IMG/VR virus record: IMGVR_UViG_3300025121_000035
Span: 20,044 to 84,043 of that record
Source of the DNA: a virus
Strand: one strand, 5' to 3'
Length of the DNA stretch: 64,000 nucleotides
The notes beneath the pieces are model-generated. The model was not told where the DNA came from. It saw only the letters and a list, made by a program, of their open reading frames with translations, and made no database searches. The stretch's first letter is position 1, and each line of letters starts with the position of its first letter. Shown here in pieces: positions 10,263 through 20,816 of this stretch. Position numbers and translations under genes: made by a program.

Positions 10263-11351
10263 ATGATAAATGAAGATACATATAAAAAATTTATAGAAAC
10301 ATTTAAAGTTGATGATTGGGAAGTAGAAACAGATAATGGATGGTCAGATATAAATGAAATAGGTATGACTATAGAATATGATGAATGGATATTAAAAACA
10401 AAAAATACTGAATTAATAAGCGCAGATAAACATATAGTATTTAAATTTGATTATAGTGAGGTATATGTTAAAGATTTAAAAATTGGTGATGAAATTATTA
10501 CCAAATTTGGTACAGAAGAAGTAATATCTGTTTATAAATCAGATAAAAAATCTAATATGTATGATTTATCATTAAATGATAAAAATCATAGATATTATAC
10601 TAATGATATATTATCACATAATTCAATGTGGTTACAAAATATAGCTCACCATATTGCAGATGAAGGTTATAATGTTGTATTCGTAACATTAGAAATGGCT
10701 TCTTATAAAGTAATGAAAAGAATGGGATCAATGAGATTAAAAATTGATTCTACACAATATGATGATTTAAGCAAAGATTCTACATTTATTAAAAATAAAA
10801 TTAATGAATTAAAATCTATGTCAACTGGTAATAAATTATTTGATACTGGAAAAACAGGTAAAATATTTGTTAAAAAATATCCTACTAGTGATTGTTCAGT
10901 TACTGATTTAGAAAATTATATTAAAAAGTTCGAGCAAAGTAAAAAACTTAAAATAGATGTTATGATTATAGATTATATAAATATTATGTCTATTGAAAAG
11001 GGATTTAATCTAGATACGATGTTATATCTTAAAGGAAAACATTTAGCAGAAGGTATAAGAAGATTAGGTGATAAATATGATATTTGTATGATTACAGCAA
11101 CACAAACAGATAAATCCGTATGGGGAGCAAATGATATAAATCTTGATGATATACCAGAAAGTAAAGCAATCGCGGAAGCTGCTGATAGTGTGTGGGCTAT
11201 TATTAGAAATCCACAAATGAAAAAAGAAAATATTTATAGATTAAAAATTTTAAAACTAAGAGATGGTGAACATCATGAAGAACAAATAAAATTTGATTTT
11301 AATACTAAATATTTAACTATGGAAAACGATATTTTAGTCGGTACAAAATAA
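10263..11351 (+). CDS. 120-aa C-intein fused to the helicase C-terminal part
   Basis: ADKH block B, MYDL...YYTNDILSHN|S, then FVTLEM, IIDYI, TATQT, ESK..AE.AD and KLRDG helicase motifs. Confidence 0.9.
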   Translation: MINEDTYKKFIETFKVDDWEVETDNGWSDINEIGMTIEYDEWILKTKNTELISADKHIVFKFDYSEVYVKDLKIGDEIITKFGTEEVISVYKSDKKSNMYDLSLNDKNHRYYTNDILSHNSMWLQNIAHHIADEGYNVVFVTLEMASYKVMKRMGSMRLKIDSTQYDDLSKDSTFIKNKINELKSMSTGNKLFDTGKTGKIFVKKYPTSDCSVTDLENYIKKFEQSKKLKIDVMIIDYINIMSIEKGFNLDTMLYLKGKHLAEGIRRLGDKYDICMITATQTDKSVWGANDINLDDIPESKAIAEAADSVWAIIRNPQMKKENIYRLKILKLRDGEHHEEQIKFDFNTKYLTMENDILVGTK

Positions 11352-11362
11352 TAATTATAAAT

Positions 11363-12079
11363 ATGTCAAAACCAAAAGATGATAATTACATAAATTTTGA
11401 TGATGAAGAAGATGAAAAAGATTTAATAAAAAATATTATTAATGATAATGATGATATTGAAGATGATGATGATAATATTGATATTATTATAGATTTAGAT
11501 GATGATATTATAGAATTAGAAGAAGATTTTATAAATTCAGATGATGTTGAAGATATAGGTGATGGTGATAGTGATAAATTTGACTTAATGTACAGATTTA
11601 ATACTAATAAACATAAACAAGAAGGTAAACATCGATTACAAAGAGATACTATATTTAAAGGAAAATTAGATAAAAAAGATGAAAATTCAGATATTAATAA
11701 TACATATCAAGATACTTCCAATGAATATGGAGATATAGTTAATTTTCTTAATGATTATGATGATGCTGATGATCATTTAAATCAAAATAATTTAACTAAA
11801 GATGTTTATGATATATTAAAAACAAAAACAGATTTAGATTTCAAACAAAATAGAAGAAAACCTAATAAAGAAACTTTTAATGAATATTATAGTTTATTAT
11901 TAAAAGAATTAGGTTTCAGATATACAAGATCTGAAATATTTGTAGAATTATCCTATTATTTTACAGATAACATTTTTAATATGTTTAAATTATTAGATAA
12001 AAAACCAGCTACAATAATAATTAAAGAATTATTACAAAAAGGATACTTAAAAAATTTAGATGGAATAAATTTTTTATAA
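11363..12079 (+). CDS. Hypothetical protein with acidic N-terminus
   Basis: 238-aa ORF in the replication operon. Confidence 0.7.
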   Translation: MSKPKDDNYINFDDEEDEKDLIKNIINDNDDIEDDDDNIDIIIDLDDDIIELEEDFINSDDVEDIGDGDSDKFDLMYRFNTNKHKQEGKHRLQRDTIFKGKLDKKDENSDINNTYQDTSNEYGDIVNFLNDYDDADDHLNQNNLTKDVYDILKTKTDLDFKQNRRKPNKETFNEYYSLLLKELGFRYTRSEIFVELSYYFTDNIFNMFKLLDKKPATIIIKELLQKGYLKNLDGINFL

Positions 12080-12097
12080 AAAAATTAAAATTATAAC

Positions 12098-12955
12098 ATG
12101 AATAAATACAATAGAAAAGAGGTAGAAATAGAAGCTCTTAAATATTTTAATGATGATTCATTAGCAAAAGATGTATGGATTAATAAATATGCATTAAAAG
12201 ATTCAATTGGTAATATATATGAATTAACACCAATTGATATGCATAAAAGATTAGCTAAAGAACTTAATAGAATAGAAGAAAAATATCCTAATCCTTTATC
12301 AGAAGAAAAAATCTTTAATCTTATTAAAGATTTTAAATATATTGTACCACAAGGTGGACCAATGTCAGGCATTGGTAATAATTTACAAACTGTATCTTTA
12401 TCTAATTGTTTTGTGATTGGTAATACATCTGATAGTTATGGAGGTATTACTATGACAGATCAACAACAAGTTCAATTAATGAAACGTAGAGGTGGTGTAG
12501 GTCATGATTTATCACATATAAGACCAAAAGGAAGTCCTGTTAAAAACAGTGCTTTAACATCTACTGGTGTAGTTCCATTTATGGAAAGATTTTCTAATTC
12601 TACTAAAGAAGTAGCACAAGATGGAAGAAGAGGTGCCTTAATGTTAAGTTGTTTTGCGCCAGATACTTATGTATTGGTAGATTATGGTTGGGATCAAATT
12701 ATCAATGTTATCCAAAAAATTAAAAATGGTGAAACAATTAAAGCTTGGACACACAATGGATTTGAAAACATCACAGATATACAAGAATTTAAAAATAGAG
12801 ATATTTATGAAATTGAAACAGAAAATGGTAAAAAAATTAAAGTTACACCAGATCATAAATTTATGGTAAGAAATATAATTACAGGTGAAGAATATTTAAA
12901 AGCCATAATTGATGTAGATGTAATAAATGAAGAATTGATTTTTTATTTAGATTAA
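12098..12955 (+). CDS. nrdJ: Class II (B12-dependent) ribonucleotide reductase, N-part plus 101-aa N-intein
   Basis: VPQGGPM, SLSNCFV, KRRGGVG, QDGRRGALMLS, then intein CFAPDT...VTPDHKF from 12650. Confidence 0.9.
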   Translation: MNKYNRKEVEIEALKYFNDDSLAKDVWINKYALKDSIGNIYELTPIDMHKRLAKELNRIEEKYPNPLSEEKIFNLIKDFKYIVPQGGPMSGIGNNLQTVSLSNCFVIGNTSDSYGGITMTDQQQVQLMKRRGGVGHDLSHIRPKGSPVKNSALTSTGVVPFMERFSNSTKEVAQDGRRGALMLSCFAPDTYVLVDYGWDQIINVIQKIKNGETIKAWTHNGFENITDIQEFKNRDIYEIETENGKKIKVTPDHKFMVRNIITGEEYLKAIIDVDVINEELIFYLD

Positions 12956-12963
12956 GAAAAAAC

Positions 12964-13001
12964 AGAGTGTTTTATATTTATATATAACAATAAAACACTC
13001 T
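12964..13001 (+). promoter_or_regulatory. 12-bp perfect hairpin immediately upstream of the endonuclease start, with the promoter-like motif overlapping the loop
   Basis: AGAGTGTTTTAT (12964-12975) pairs with ATAAAACACTCT (12990-13001). The loop holds TTTATATATA; ATG is at 13006. Confidence 0.6.
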
Positions 13002-13005
13002 AAAA

Positions 13006-13989
13006 ATGAAAATTAAATTATTGAAAATTAAAGAAAATGAAAAAATAGTTTTATATAAAATAAATCAAGATACTTTTACAATAAATGAAAAAACGTTTAA
13101 ATGTAAAAAAAATACGTCAAATTTAAGTTGTTATTTAAATTCTATAAATTATAGTTTAATTGATTTATTAAATGTTTCAATAGAAAATAATAAATGTTTA
13201 AATTGTAATAATATAATTGACAATAATAGATTTGAAAGAAATACTTTTTTTACTTATAAATTTTGTTCAAAATGTAATAACCATAACATTTTGAAAAAAT
13301 ATAAAAAAACTAAATGTATTATATGTGATAAAATAATTTTTTATAAAGATATTATATATTCAACTTGTGGTAATGACAATTGTTTACAAACTCATAGAAA
13401 TAATATAAATAATAACATTAAAAAAACACATTGGACTAAAAAGGAAAATGTACAAGATATTTATTTTAAAAGAAGTAATAAAAGATTAGATAATGATAAA
13501 AAATTAAATAGAAAATATACAGCTTGGAATAAGGGAAAAATTGGAATATATTCTAAAGAAACAATAGAAAAAATCAGAAATGCTACTATAAAACAAATGA
13601 AAGAAGGAAGAATTAAAAAAACTAAACAAGAAAAAGTATTTGAACAATTTTTAATTCATAATAATATAAAATATATTTATTCATTCATCTATAAAAAAAG
13701 ACAATTTGATTTCTTTTTAAAAGATTATAATTTAATAATAGAATTACAAGGAGATTATTGGCACGCAAATCCTAATTTTTGGGATGTTAATGATGATGAT
13801 GATACAAAGAAAAAATTATACGAAACACAAAAAATGAAAATAAAAGATGATATTATTAAAAAAGAATTAATAAACAAATCTAAATATAGTTTTATTGAAT
13901 TTTGGGAGTATGATATTTATAATAATTTTATAAGTGTTATACAAACTTTAACTAATAATTTTAATATAAAATTAAAAAATAATAATTAA
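13006..13989 (+). CDS. Free-standing homing endonuclease (CxxC motifs, NUMOD3-like segment, Vsr/DUF559-like domain)
   Basis: AWNKGKIGIYSKETIEKIR; FDF...IIELQGDYWH...FWEYD. Confidence 0.8.
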   Translation: MKIKLLKIKENEKIVLYKINQDTFTINEKTFKCKKNTSNLSCYLNSINYSLIDLLNVSIENNKCLNCNNIIDNNRFERNTFFTYKFCSKCNNHNILKKYKKTKCIICDKIIFYKDIIYSTCGNDNCLQTHRNNINNNIKKTHWTKKENVQDIYFKRSNKRLDNDKKLNRKYTAWNKGKIGIYSKETIEKIRNATIKQMKEGRIKKTKQEKVFEQFLIHNNIKYIYSFIYKKRQFDFFLKDYNLIIELQGDYWHANPNFWDVNDDDDTKKKLYETQKMKIKDDIIKKELINKSKYSFIEFWEYDIYNNFISVIQTLTNNFNIKLKNNN

Positions 13990-13997
13990 AAAATAAT

Positions 13998-16900
13998 ATG
14001 AAAAAAACATATAGTAAAATACTAAAAATTAATAAAAAAGGTAAGGGTAATGTATATGATTTTACAGTTCAAAATACACATAGAATTCTAGCTAATAATT
14101 TTTATACATCTAATTGTAGTATTAATCATCCTGATGCAGAAGATTTTATAGATGCTAAATTAGTAGCTGGTAAAGTAACAGGTGCTAATGTATCTGTTAA
14201 ATTAACTGATGAATTTATGAAAGCTGTAAAATCAGATTCAGATTATTATCAAACTTTTCCTATTAATTATGACATATCATCTTATACTGATAGATCTAAT
14301 CTTAAATATGGAGTTATAGAGGAACATAGTTTTCATAATATTGTAAATGATACTTTTGAAAAAGTTCAAGTTAAAAAAATCAAAGCTAAAGATTTATGGG
14401 AAAAAATTATTCATAATGCTTGGAAATCTGCTGAACCTGGTTTAATGTTTTGGGACACTATTGAAAGAGAAGCAATACCAGATTGTTATAAAGAGTTTGG
14501 TTTTAAGACAGTTAGCACAAATCCGTGCATTGTAGGAGATACATTAATTGCAGTTGCTGATGGTCGAAATTATGTATCAATAAAACAATTAGCAGAAGAA
14601 AATAAAGATATTCCAGTATATTCATCAGATGATAATGGCAATCTTGTTATTAAAACTATGAGAAATCCACGAATAACTGGATATAATAAACAAATTTATA
14701 AAATTACAATAGAAGGTGGTCATACAATAAGAGTAACAGATAATCATAAATTTATACTTAAAAGTGGTATTGATAAAGAAGCAAAAGATTTAAAATATGG
14801 TGATAGTTTACAAATATTAAATAAAGTTAATTATTTTGCTAAAAATAATTCAAATTCTTATTATTCACTATCATCTAATGGTAAAGGCTATAAGGAACAT
14901 CATCATATAGCTGAATATAATATTGGTCGTAAATTATTTGAAAATGAAGTTGTTCATCATATAGATTATATTGGTAAAAATAATAACCCAAATAATTTAG
15001 AAGTGATGACTAAAAAAGAACATGATACGTTACATATTAAAGATATGTTAAGTGATAAAAACCCATATCATAAAATGACTGATGATTGGAAATTTAATTT
15101 TGCATCACATCCTGGCGAAACAAATCCTAATTTCAGTGGATTATCAAATAATGATATTAAAAACCATGCAATTTTACTAACAAAAAAATTAAATAGAAGA
15201 TTTAGTAAAAAAGATTGGATTGATTATGCAAAAGAAAATAATTTACCACAATATTTTAGTTCATTTAGGTTATTTGATACAATTATATCATTATCTAAAT
15301 TAGTTGCTAGTGAACTTGATATTAAATTTATACATGATGATCCTAGATTAGTTAAATCTTATAATAATGCTTTAGATAATGGTTATAATGCTGAAATCAA
15401 AGATAATATGGTTATTGTTGAAAAAATATGTGAAAATTGTGAAGAATCATTTTGGGTAGATTACCAAAAAAGAGAAATATCATTTTGTTCACATAAATGT
15501 GCATTAAAATATATTAATAACAATAAAGAAATAGATATTAAAAGATCAAATTCATTAAATAATACTTATAATAAAAAAGGAGAAATAACTAAAGAAACAC
15601 AATTAAAAATTTATTCTGATTTAAAATTCGAATTAGGTAGAACACCTTTATTAAAAGAATGGGAAAATGAATGTAAAAATAATAATGTTCCTTTTAGACT
15701 AAAAACAAAATATGGGTTTAATTCATTTAAAAAAATAAAAGAATCTTCTGATTTTTATAACCATAAAGTAATATCTATTGAATTAGATGGTTTTGAAGAT
15801 GTTTATAACGGGACTGTTGATGATACACATAAATTTTATGCTGGTGGATTTGAAGAAAAAACAAAATCAGGTAAGTCGAAGACAATCAGTGTGTTACAAG
15901 AAAATTGCGGAGAGATTCCGTTAAATCCATATGATTCTTGCCGACTATTAGCTATAAATTTATATTCATATGTTGATAATCCTTTTACAAAAGATGCTAA
16001 ATTTAATTTTAAATTATTTAAAGAACATACTCAATATGCACAAAGATTTATGGATGATATTGTTGATTTAGAAATTGAAAAAATTGATGAAATTTTGAAA
16101 AAAATTGATGCAGATCCTGAACCTGAAGAAATGAAAATTGTTGAAAGAAATCTATGGATAAAAATTAAAGAAAAAGCTATTCAAGGTAGACGAACTGGAT
16201 TAGGTATTACTTCTGAGGGCGATATGTTAGCTGCACTTGGTATTATTTATGGAACACCTGAAGCAACTGAATTTGCAGAAAAAATTCATAAAACATTAAC
16301 AATAGAGGCCTATAAATCTACTATTATTATGGCAGAAGAAAGAGGTGCTTTTTTAGTATGGGATTTTGAAAAAGAATATAATAATCCATTTATTCAAAGA
16401 ATTATGGGTGAATTAGATGAAGATTTTTTACATCGTTATAAAATAAAAGGTAGAAGAAATATAGCATTATTAACTATTGCTCCTACAGGTTCTGTATCCA
16501 TAATGACACAAACTACTTCTGGTATTGAACCAGTATATTTAGTTTCTTATAAAAGAAAAAGAAAAATTAATCCTAATGATAAAAATGCAAGTATTGATTA
16601 TACTGATAGTGAAGGAATAGCTTGGGAAAGATATAATGTATTTCATCCTAAATTTAAAATTTGGGCTGATATTAATGGTTATGATTCAACTAAATTAGAA
16701 AAATTAACATCTGAAGAATTAGATGTAATAATTAAAAAATCACCTTACTATAAAGCTACATCTAATGACGTTGATTGGGTCGAAAAAGTTAAAATGCAAG
16801 GTGCTATTCAAAAATGGGTTGATCATTCAATATCTGTAACAGTTAATTTACCAAATGATGTTACTGAAGATATAGTATCAAAAGTATATCAAACTGGTTG

Positions 16901-17552
16901 GGAATATGGATGTAAAGGTATTACAGTATATCGTGATGGTTCTAGAGATGGTGTTTTAGAAACTAATAAACCTGAACAAAAAGTTAATATTTTTAGAGAA
17001 ATTAATGCACCACGTAGACCTAAAAATCTTAAATGTGAAGTTATAAGATTTAATAATAAAGGTGAAAAATGGATTGGTTTTTTAGGTCTTTTAGAAAATA
17101 AACCTTATGAAGTTTTCAGTGGATTATTAGAAGCTGTTAATATACCTAATTATGTAGATTATGGTGAAATAGTTAAAATAAAAAAAGAAGAAGGTGAAAT
17201 AAATTCTAGATATGATTTTAAATATATTGATAAAGATGGTTATACTCAAACATTTAATGGATTATCTAGAGCATTTAATCGTGAATATTGGAATGTTGGT
17301 CGTATGATAAGTGGAATTTTAAGACACGGTATGCCTTTACCTAATGTTATGAGAATTATTGACAAATTAGATTTTGGAGAAAATTCAAATGATATAACTT
17401 CATGGAAAGCTGGTATTAAGAGAATGTTAAAAAAATACATTAAAGATGGAACTTCTGTTCATGGTTCTAAATGTCCTCAATGTGGAAATACAGAATTGAT
17501 GTTTAAGGAAGGGTGTGTTAGCTGCGAATGTGGTTGGAGTAAATGTGATTAA
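13998..17552 (+). CDS. nrdJ: 39-aa C-intein plus class II RNR C-part containing a second, contiguous intein
   Basis: VYDFTV...YTSN|CSINHPD; STNP|C...QEN|CGE; RRTGLG, TIAPTGS, KGITVYRDGSR and a C-terminal CPQC..C..C Zn ribbon. Confidence 0.92.
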   Translation: MKKTYSKILKINKKGKGNVYDFTVQNTHRILANNFYTSNCSINHPDAEDFIDAKLVAGKVTGANVSVKLTDEFMKAVKSDSDYYQTFPINYDISSYTDRSNLKYGVIEEHSFHNIVNDTFEKVQVKKIKAKDLWEKIIHNAWKSAEPGLMFWDTIEREAIPDCYKEFGFKTVSTNPCIVGDTLIAVADGRNYVSIKQLAEENKDIPVYSSDDNGNLVIKTMRNPRITGYNKQIYKITIEGGHTIRVTDNHKFILKSGIDKEAKDLKYGDSLQILNKVNYFAKNNSNSYYSLSSNGKGYKEHHHIAEYNIGRKLFENEVVHHIDYIGKNNNPNNLEVMTKKEHDTLHIKDMLSDKNPYHKMTDDWKFNFASHPGETNPNFSGLSNNDIKNHAILLTKKLNRRFSKKDWIDYAKENNLPQYFSSFRLFDTIISLSKLVASELDIKFIHDDPRLVKSYNNALDNGYNAEIKDNMVIVEKICENCEESFWVDYQKREISFCSHKCALKYINNNKEIDIKRSNSLNNTYNKKGEITKETQLKIYSDLKFELGRTPLLKEWENECKNNNVPFRLKTKYGFNSFKKIKESSDFYNHKVISIELDGFEDVYNGTVDDTHKFYAGGFEEKTKSGKSKTISVLQENCGEIPLNPYDSCRLLAINLYSYVDNPFTKDAKFNFKLFKEHTQYAQRFMDDIVDLEIEKIDEILKKIDADPEPEEMKIVERNLWIKIKEKAIQGRRTGLGITSEGDMLAALGIIYGTPEATEFAEKIHKTLTIEAYKSTIIMAEERGAFLVWDFEKEYNNPFIQRIMGELDEDFLHRYKIKGRRNIALLTIAPTGSVSIMTQTTSGIEPVYLVSYKRKRKINPNDKNASIDYTDSEGIAWERYNVFHPKFKIWADINGYDSTKLEKLTSEELDVIIKKSPYYKATSNDVDWVEKVKMQGAIQKWVDHSISVTVNLPNDVTEDIVSKVYQTGWEYGCKGITVYRDGSRDGVLETNKPEQKVNIFREINAPRRPKNLKCEVIRFNNKGEKWIGFLGLLENKPYEVFSGLLEAVNIPNYVDYGEIVKIKKEEGEINSRYDFKYIDKDGYTQTFNGLSRAFNREYWNVGRMISGILRHGMPLPNVMRIIDKLDFGENSNDITSWKAGIKRMLKKYIKDGTSVHGSKCPQCGNTELMFKEGCVSCECGWSKCD
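14526..15905 (+). mobile_element. Contiguous 460-aa intein with HNH endonuclease, inserted at the RNR thiyl-radical Cys (NP|CGE)
   Basis: CIVGDT start, VTDNH block B, HHIDYIGKNNNPNNLEV..KKEH HNH motif, VYNGTV block F, ending QEN|C. Confidence 0.88.
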
Positions 17553-17574
17553 TTTGATTTTAATAATTATTTTT

Positions 17575-17608
17575 AAGGTCTATTGAATAATTTTCAATAG
17601 ACTTTTTT
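17575..17608 (+). terminator. Rho-independent terminator after nrdJ
   Basis: GTCTATTGAA-taat-TTCAATAGAC-type stem followed by a T-run. Confidence 0.7.
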
Positions 17609-17621
17609 ATATATATGTAAT

Positions 17622-18110
17622 ATGAAAACATTTAAACAATATAACGAGTCAATAAAAGATTTACTTCAACCGAAATCTAATGATGAAATAATTAAAGCAT
17701 TAGAAGGTTTATCTGATTCAGATAAGATAAAACAAATAATTATAAATCAATTAGATTATGATTTATTACCAGAAAATTTAGTTGTTGATGGTGATTTATT
17801 TTGTAATAATAAAAGATTAACTAGTTTACCTGATAATTTAGTTGTTAATGGTTATTTAAATTGTAGTTTTAATGAATTAACTATTTTACCAAAAAATTTA
17901 ACTGTTAATGGTGATTTAGATTGTAGATATAATAAGTTAACTAGTTTGCCTGAAAATTTAGTTGTTGATGGTTATTTAAATTGTAGAAATAATCAATTAA
18001 CTAGTTTGCCTGAAAATTTAGTTGTTGATGGTTATTTAGATTGTAGAAATAATCCTTTACTAGAAGATATTAAAAAACCAAAAGGTGTAACAGGATACTT
18101 TTATAATTAA
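17622..18110 (+). CDS. LRR protein with MKTFKQYNE leader
   Basis: Repeats LTSLPxNLVVxGxLxCxxN; C-terminal IKKPKGV.G cap. Confidence 0.85.
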   Translation: MKTFKQYNESIKDLLQPKSNDEIIKALEGLSDSDKIKQIIINQLDYDLLPENLVVDGDLFCNNKRLTSLPDNLVVNGYLNCSFNELTILPKNLTVNGDLDCRYNKLTSLPENLVVDGYLNCRNNQLTSLPENLVVDGYLDCRNNPLLEDIKKPKGVTGYFYN

Positions 18111-18132
18111 TTTTTGAATTTAATATATACAT

Positions 18133-18600
18133 ATGTTAAAACAAGAACTAAATATGATAAAAACTTTTAAACAATATAATGAAAGTGTAAAAGATTTACT
18201 GATTGGTAAATCTGATGAAGATGTAAAAAAAGGATTAGATAATTTACCTAATAATAAAAAAATAGAAACAATTATTAAGTATCAATTAGATTATTCTTTA
18301 TTACCTAGAAATAGCGAAGGTATTTGTACTTATTATGGTCATTTAGATTGTAGTTTTAATAAATTAACTAGTTTGCCTGACAATTTAACTGTTAATGGTC
18401 ATTTATATTGTTATGATAATCTATTAACTAGTTTGCCTGATAATTTAATTGTTAATGGTTTTTTAAATTGTAGACATAATCAATTAAAAAAATTACCAGA
18501 TAATTTAATTGTTAAAGGTGATTTATATTGTGGTTATAATAATCAATTACCAGAAGGTATTAAAAAACCAAAAGGTGTAAAAGGGAATCTTTATAAATAG
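18133..18600 (+). CDS. LRR protein with KTFKQYNE leader (start may be 18154)
   Basis: Same LRR repeat and C-terminal cap as 17622. Confidence 0.85.
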   Translation: MLKQELNMIKTFKQYNESVKDLLIGKSDEDVKKGLDNLPNNKKIETIIKYQLDYSLLPRNSEGICTYYGHLDCSFNKLTSLPDNLTVNGHLYCYDNLLTSLPDNLIVNGFLNCRHNQLKKLPDNLIVKGDLYCGYNNQLPEGIKKPKGVKGNLYK

Positions 18601-18643
18601 TTTCTAAATTTAATATATACATATGTTAAAACAATAATTAAAT

Positions 18644-20698
18644 ATGATAAAAACTTTTAAACAATATAATGAAAATATTATAGATTATCTTAAGCCTAAA
18701 TCTAAAGATGAAATTATTAAAAATATTAAAATTTATATAAAAAAATATTATTTAGAAAAAGGTTATATTGTTTTACCACACTCAGAATATATTTGGATCG
18801 GTAAAGATGAAAATAATAATACAAAACTTATTACTTCTTTACATATAGAAGGTGTTCGTGTTTTACTATATAATAAAAATATGATTAAAAAAGATTCTTA
18901 TATAATACCATATGAAGTATTAAGTACTGATATAATAGATAATATAACATCAGCTTTACGATATATAAAAAAACCTATAAATGAGGGAATTACTAATATA
19001 CTAAAAGGAAAATCAAAAGATGATATATTAAAAACTATTAGCAAAATTGATATTAGTAATGATATATTTTATGTTATAAAAAAATATACTGAAGTATATC
19101 CACAAGAAGTAGAATTTTTTGTAGAATTTATTAATAATTATCCGATAAAATCATATTTATATGATGATATATATAATTATTTTTATAATGGATATAATGT
19201 TTTTTCAAGCATTAAACAATATAAAAATATTTTAGATGATAAAGATAAAGTAGAAGATTTAATTAGTGTTTTAGATGCTAGATTAAATAGTTTAGATGAT
19301 GATAATGATTTATTACCAAATTTTGATATAATTATATCATTTATAAAAGATTTACTTAAAACAAGTTGGGCTACAAAAATTATATATGAATCTGTAAAAG
19401 ATTTACTGAAGGGTAAATCAGATGAAGAAATAGAAAAAACATTAAAAGAATTAAATATATTAGAAAAAGTTAAAAAAGTTAAATCATATAATTTAAATGA
19501 TAAATATATGCCATCAGATAAAGAAATTCAAAAAGCATTAGAAGATAATTGGAGAAATGTTAATTTGAAAAATGTTATTTATATTGATGATAAAATTTTA
19601 TTAGATGTATCATTAAAAACTTTAAAATTAGCACATCTTGTAATAAAATATAAATTACCCGAAAATTTTTTTCCACAAGAATATATTGATGTAAAAAACA
19701 AAACAATTTTAAATATTAAAAAATATTATGATAAATTACGTAAATTATTAATAAATAAGAATATAAATAATGAAAATAAATTTTATTTACATTCTGATTT
19801 AAAACAAGATGAATTATTTTTAAGGAATAATGAAGAAGGTGATGAAGAAGGAATAACTGAACATATTATTTATGTATTATATCCTGAACAAGTAGGTGTT
19901 GATTTAATTTTATATGATATTGATGAATCTAAATCATATAAGTTATATTATGAAGATTTGAATCTTTTTATTTTAAAAAAAATTGATGACATATTAACTA
20001 ATGTATTTTATAATTTTAATCAACAAGGACAAACAAAAGAAGATCAAAAAGAAATAAACGAAAATGTTAAAAATTTGTTGAAGGGTAAATCAGATGAAGA
20101 AATAGAAAAAGCATTAAAAGAATTAGATATATTAGAAAAAGTTGAAAAAGTTAAATCATATAATTTGGATGATAAATATATGCCATCAGATGAAGAAGTT
20201 AAAAACTATTTGGATAATTTAGATAAAACAGATATTGAAAAAGTACAATTAATATTTAAATATGAATTATCTGAAAAATTCTTACCTAAAAATTATGAAT
20301 TATATAAAAAAAGGTATATTAAAAATATTAAAAAATTTTTTAAAAAACTATATGATAATCAAATAAAATATAATATTGGACAATCTGAAGATTATTATAA
20401 ACCACCAAATATTGATAATTTTTATTTTAATATTGATGATTTAAATATTAAAAATATTTATTCTTATCGTTTATCGTATAAATATGATATGCATTATATT
20501 AATCGTATATGTTATAATAATATATCTACATCAGTTATAGATGAAGAAGATATGGATGATGATAATATAGATGATAATATAGATAGTTATGAAACTATAC
20601 CTTATGAAAATTTAAATATATTTGATTTAAAAGAAATATATTTACTATTAAAAACATTTATAAATAAAAATATTGTAAAGCAATTCATATATTTTTAA
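18644..20698 (+). CDS. Multi-module protein containing four copies of the (N/Y)E-x(2,3)-LKxKSxD(E/D)I leader motif
   Basis: Motif at the N-terminus and near 18980, 19385 and 20057. DNA at about 19385-19530 is duplicated at about 20060-20200. Confidence 0.75.
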   Translation: MIKTFKQYNENIIDYLKPKSKDEIIKNIKIYIKKYYLEKGYIVLPHSEYIWIGKDENNNTKLITSLHIEGVRVLLYNKNMIKKDSYIIPYEVLSTDIIDNITSALRYIKKPINEGITNILKGKSKDDILKTISKIDISNDIFYVIKKYTEVYPQEVEFFVEFINNYPIKSYLYDDIYNYFYNGYNVFSSIKQYKNILDDKDKVEDLISVLDARLNSLDDDNDLLPNFDIIISFIKDLLKTSWATKIIYESVKDLLKGKSDEEIEKTLKELNILEKVKKVKSYNLNDKYMPSDKEIQKALEDNWRNVNLKNVIYIDDKILLDVSLKTLKLAHLVIKYKLPENFFPQEYIDVKNKTILNIKKYYDKLRKLLINKNINNENKFYLHSDLKQDELFLRNNEEGDEEGITEHIIYVLYPEQVGVDLILYDIDESKSYKLYYEDLNLFILKKIDDILTNVFYNFNQQGQTKEDQKEINENVKNLLKGKSDEEIEKALKELDILEKVEKVKSYNLDDKYMPSDEEVKNYLDNLDKTDIEKVQLIFKYELSEKFLPKNYELYKKRYIKNIKKFFKKLYDNQIKYNIGQSEDYYKPPNIDNFYFNIDDLNIKNIYSYRLSYKYDMHYINRICYNNISTSVIDEEDMDDDNIDDNIDSYETIPYENLNIFDLKEIYLLLKTFINKNIVKQFIYF

Positions 20699-20816
20699 GA
20701 TAATCAATAGTTAAAGAAAACCATTAAATATTTAATTTAATGGACGATTTTTATCAAAACAGGCTTCAATTATTTAATATATAAAATAAAACAAAAAAAA
20801 TAATAAATTAGAAATT

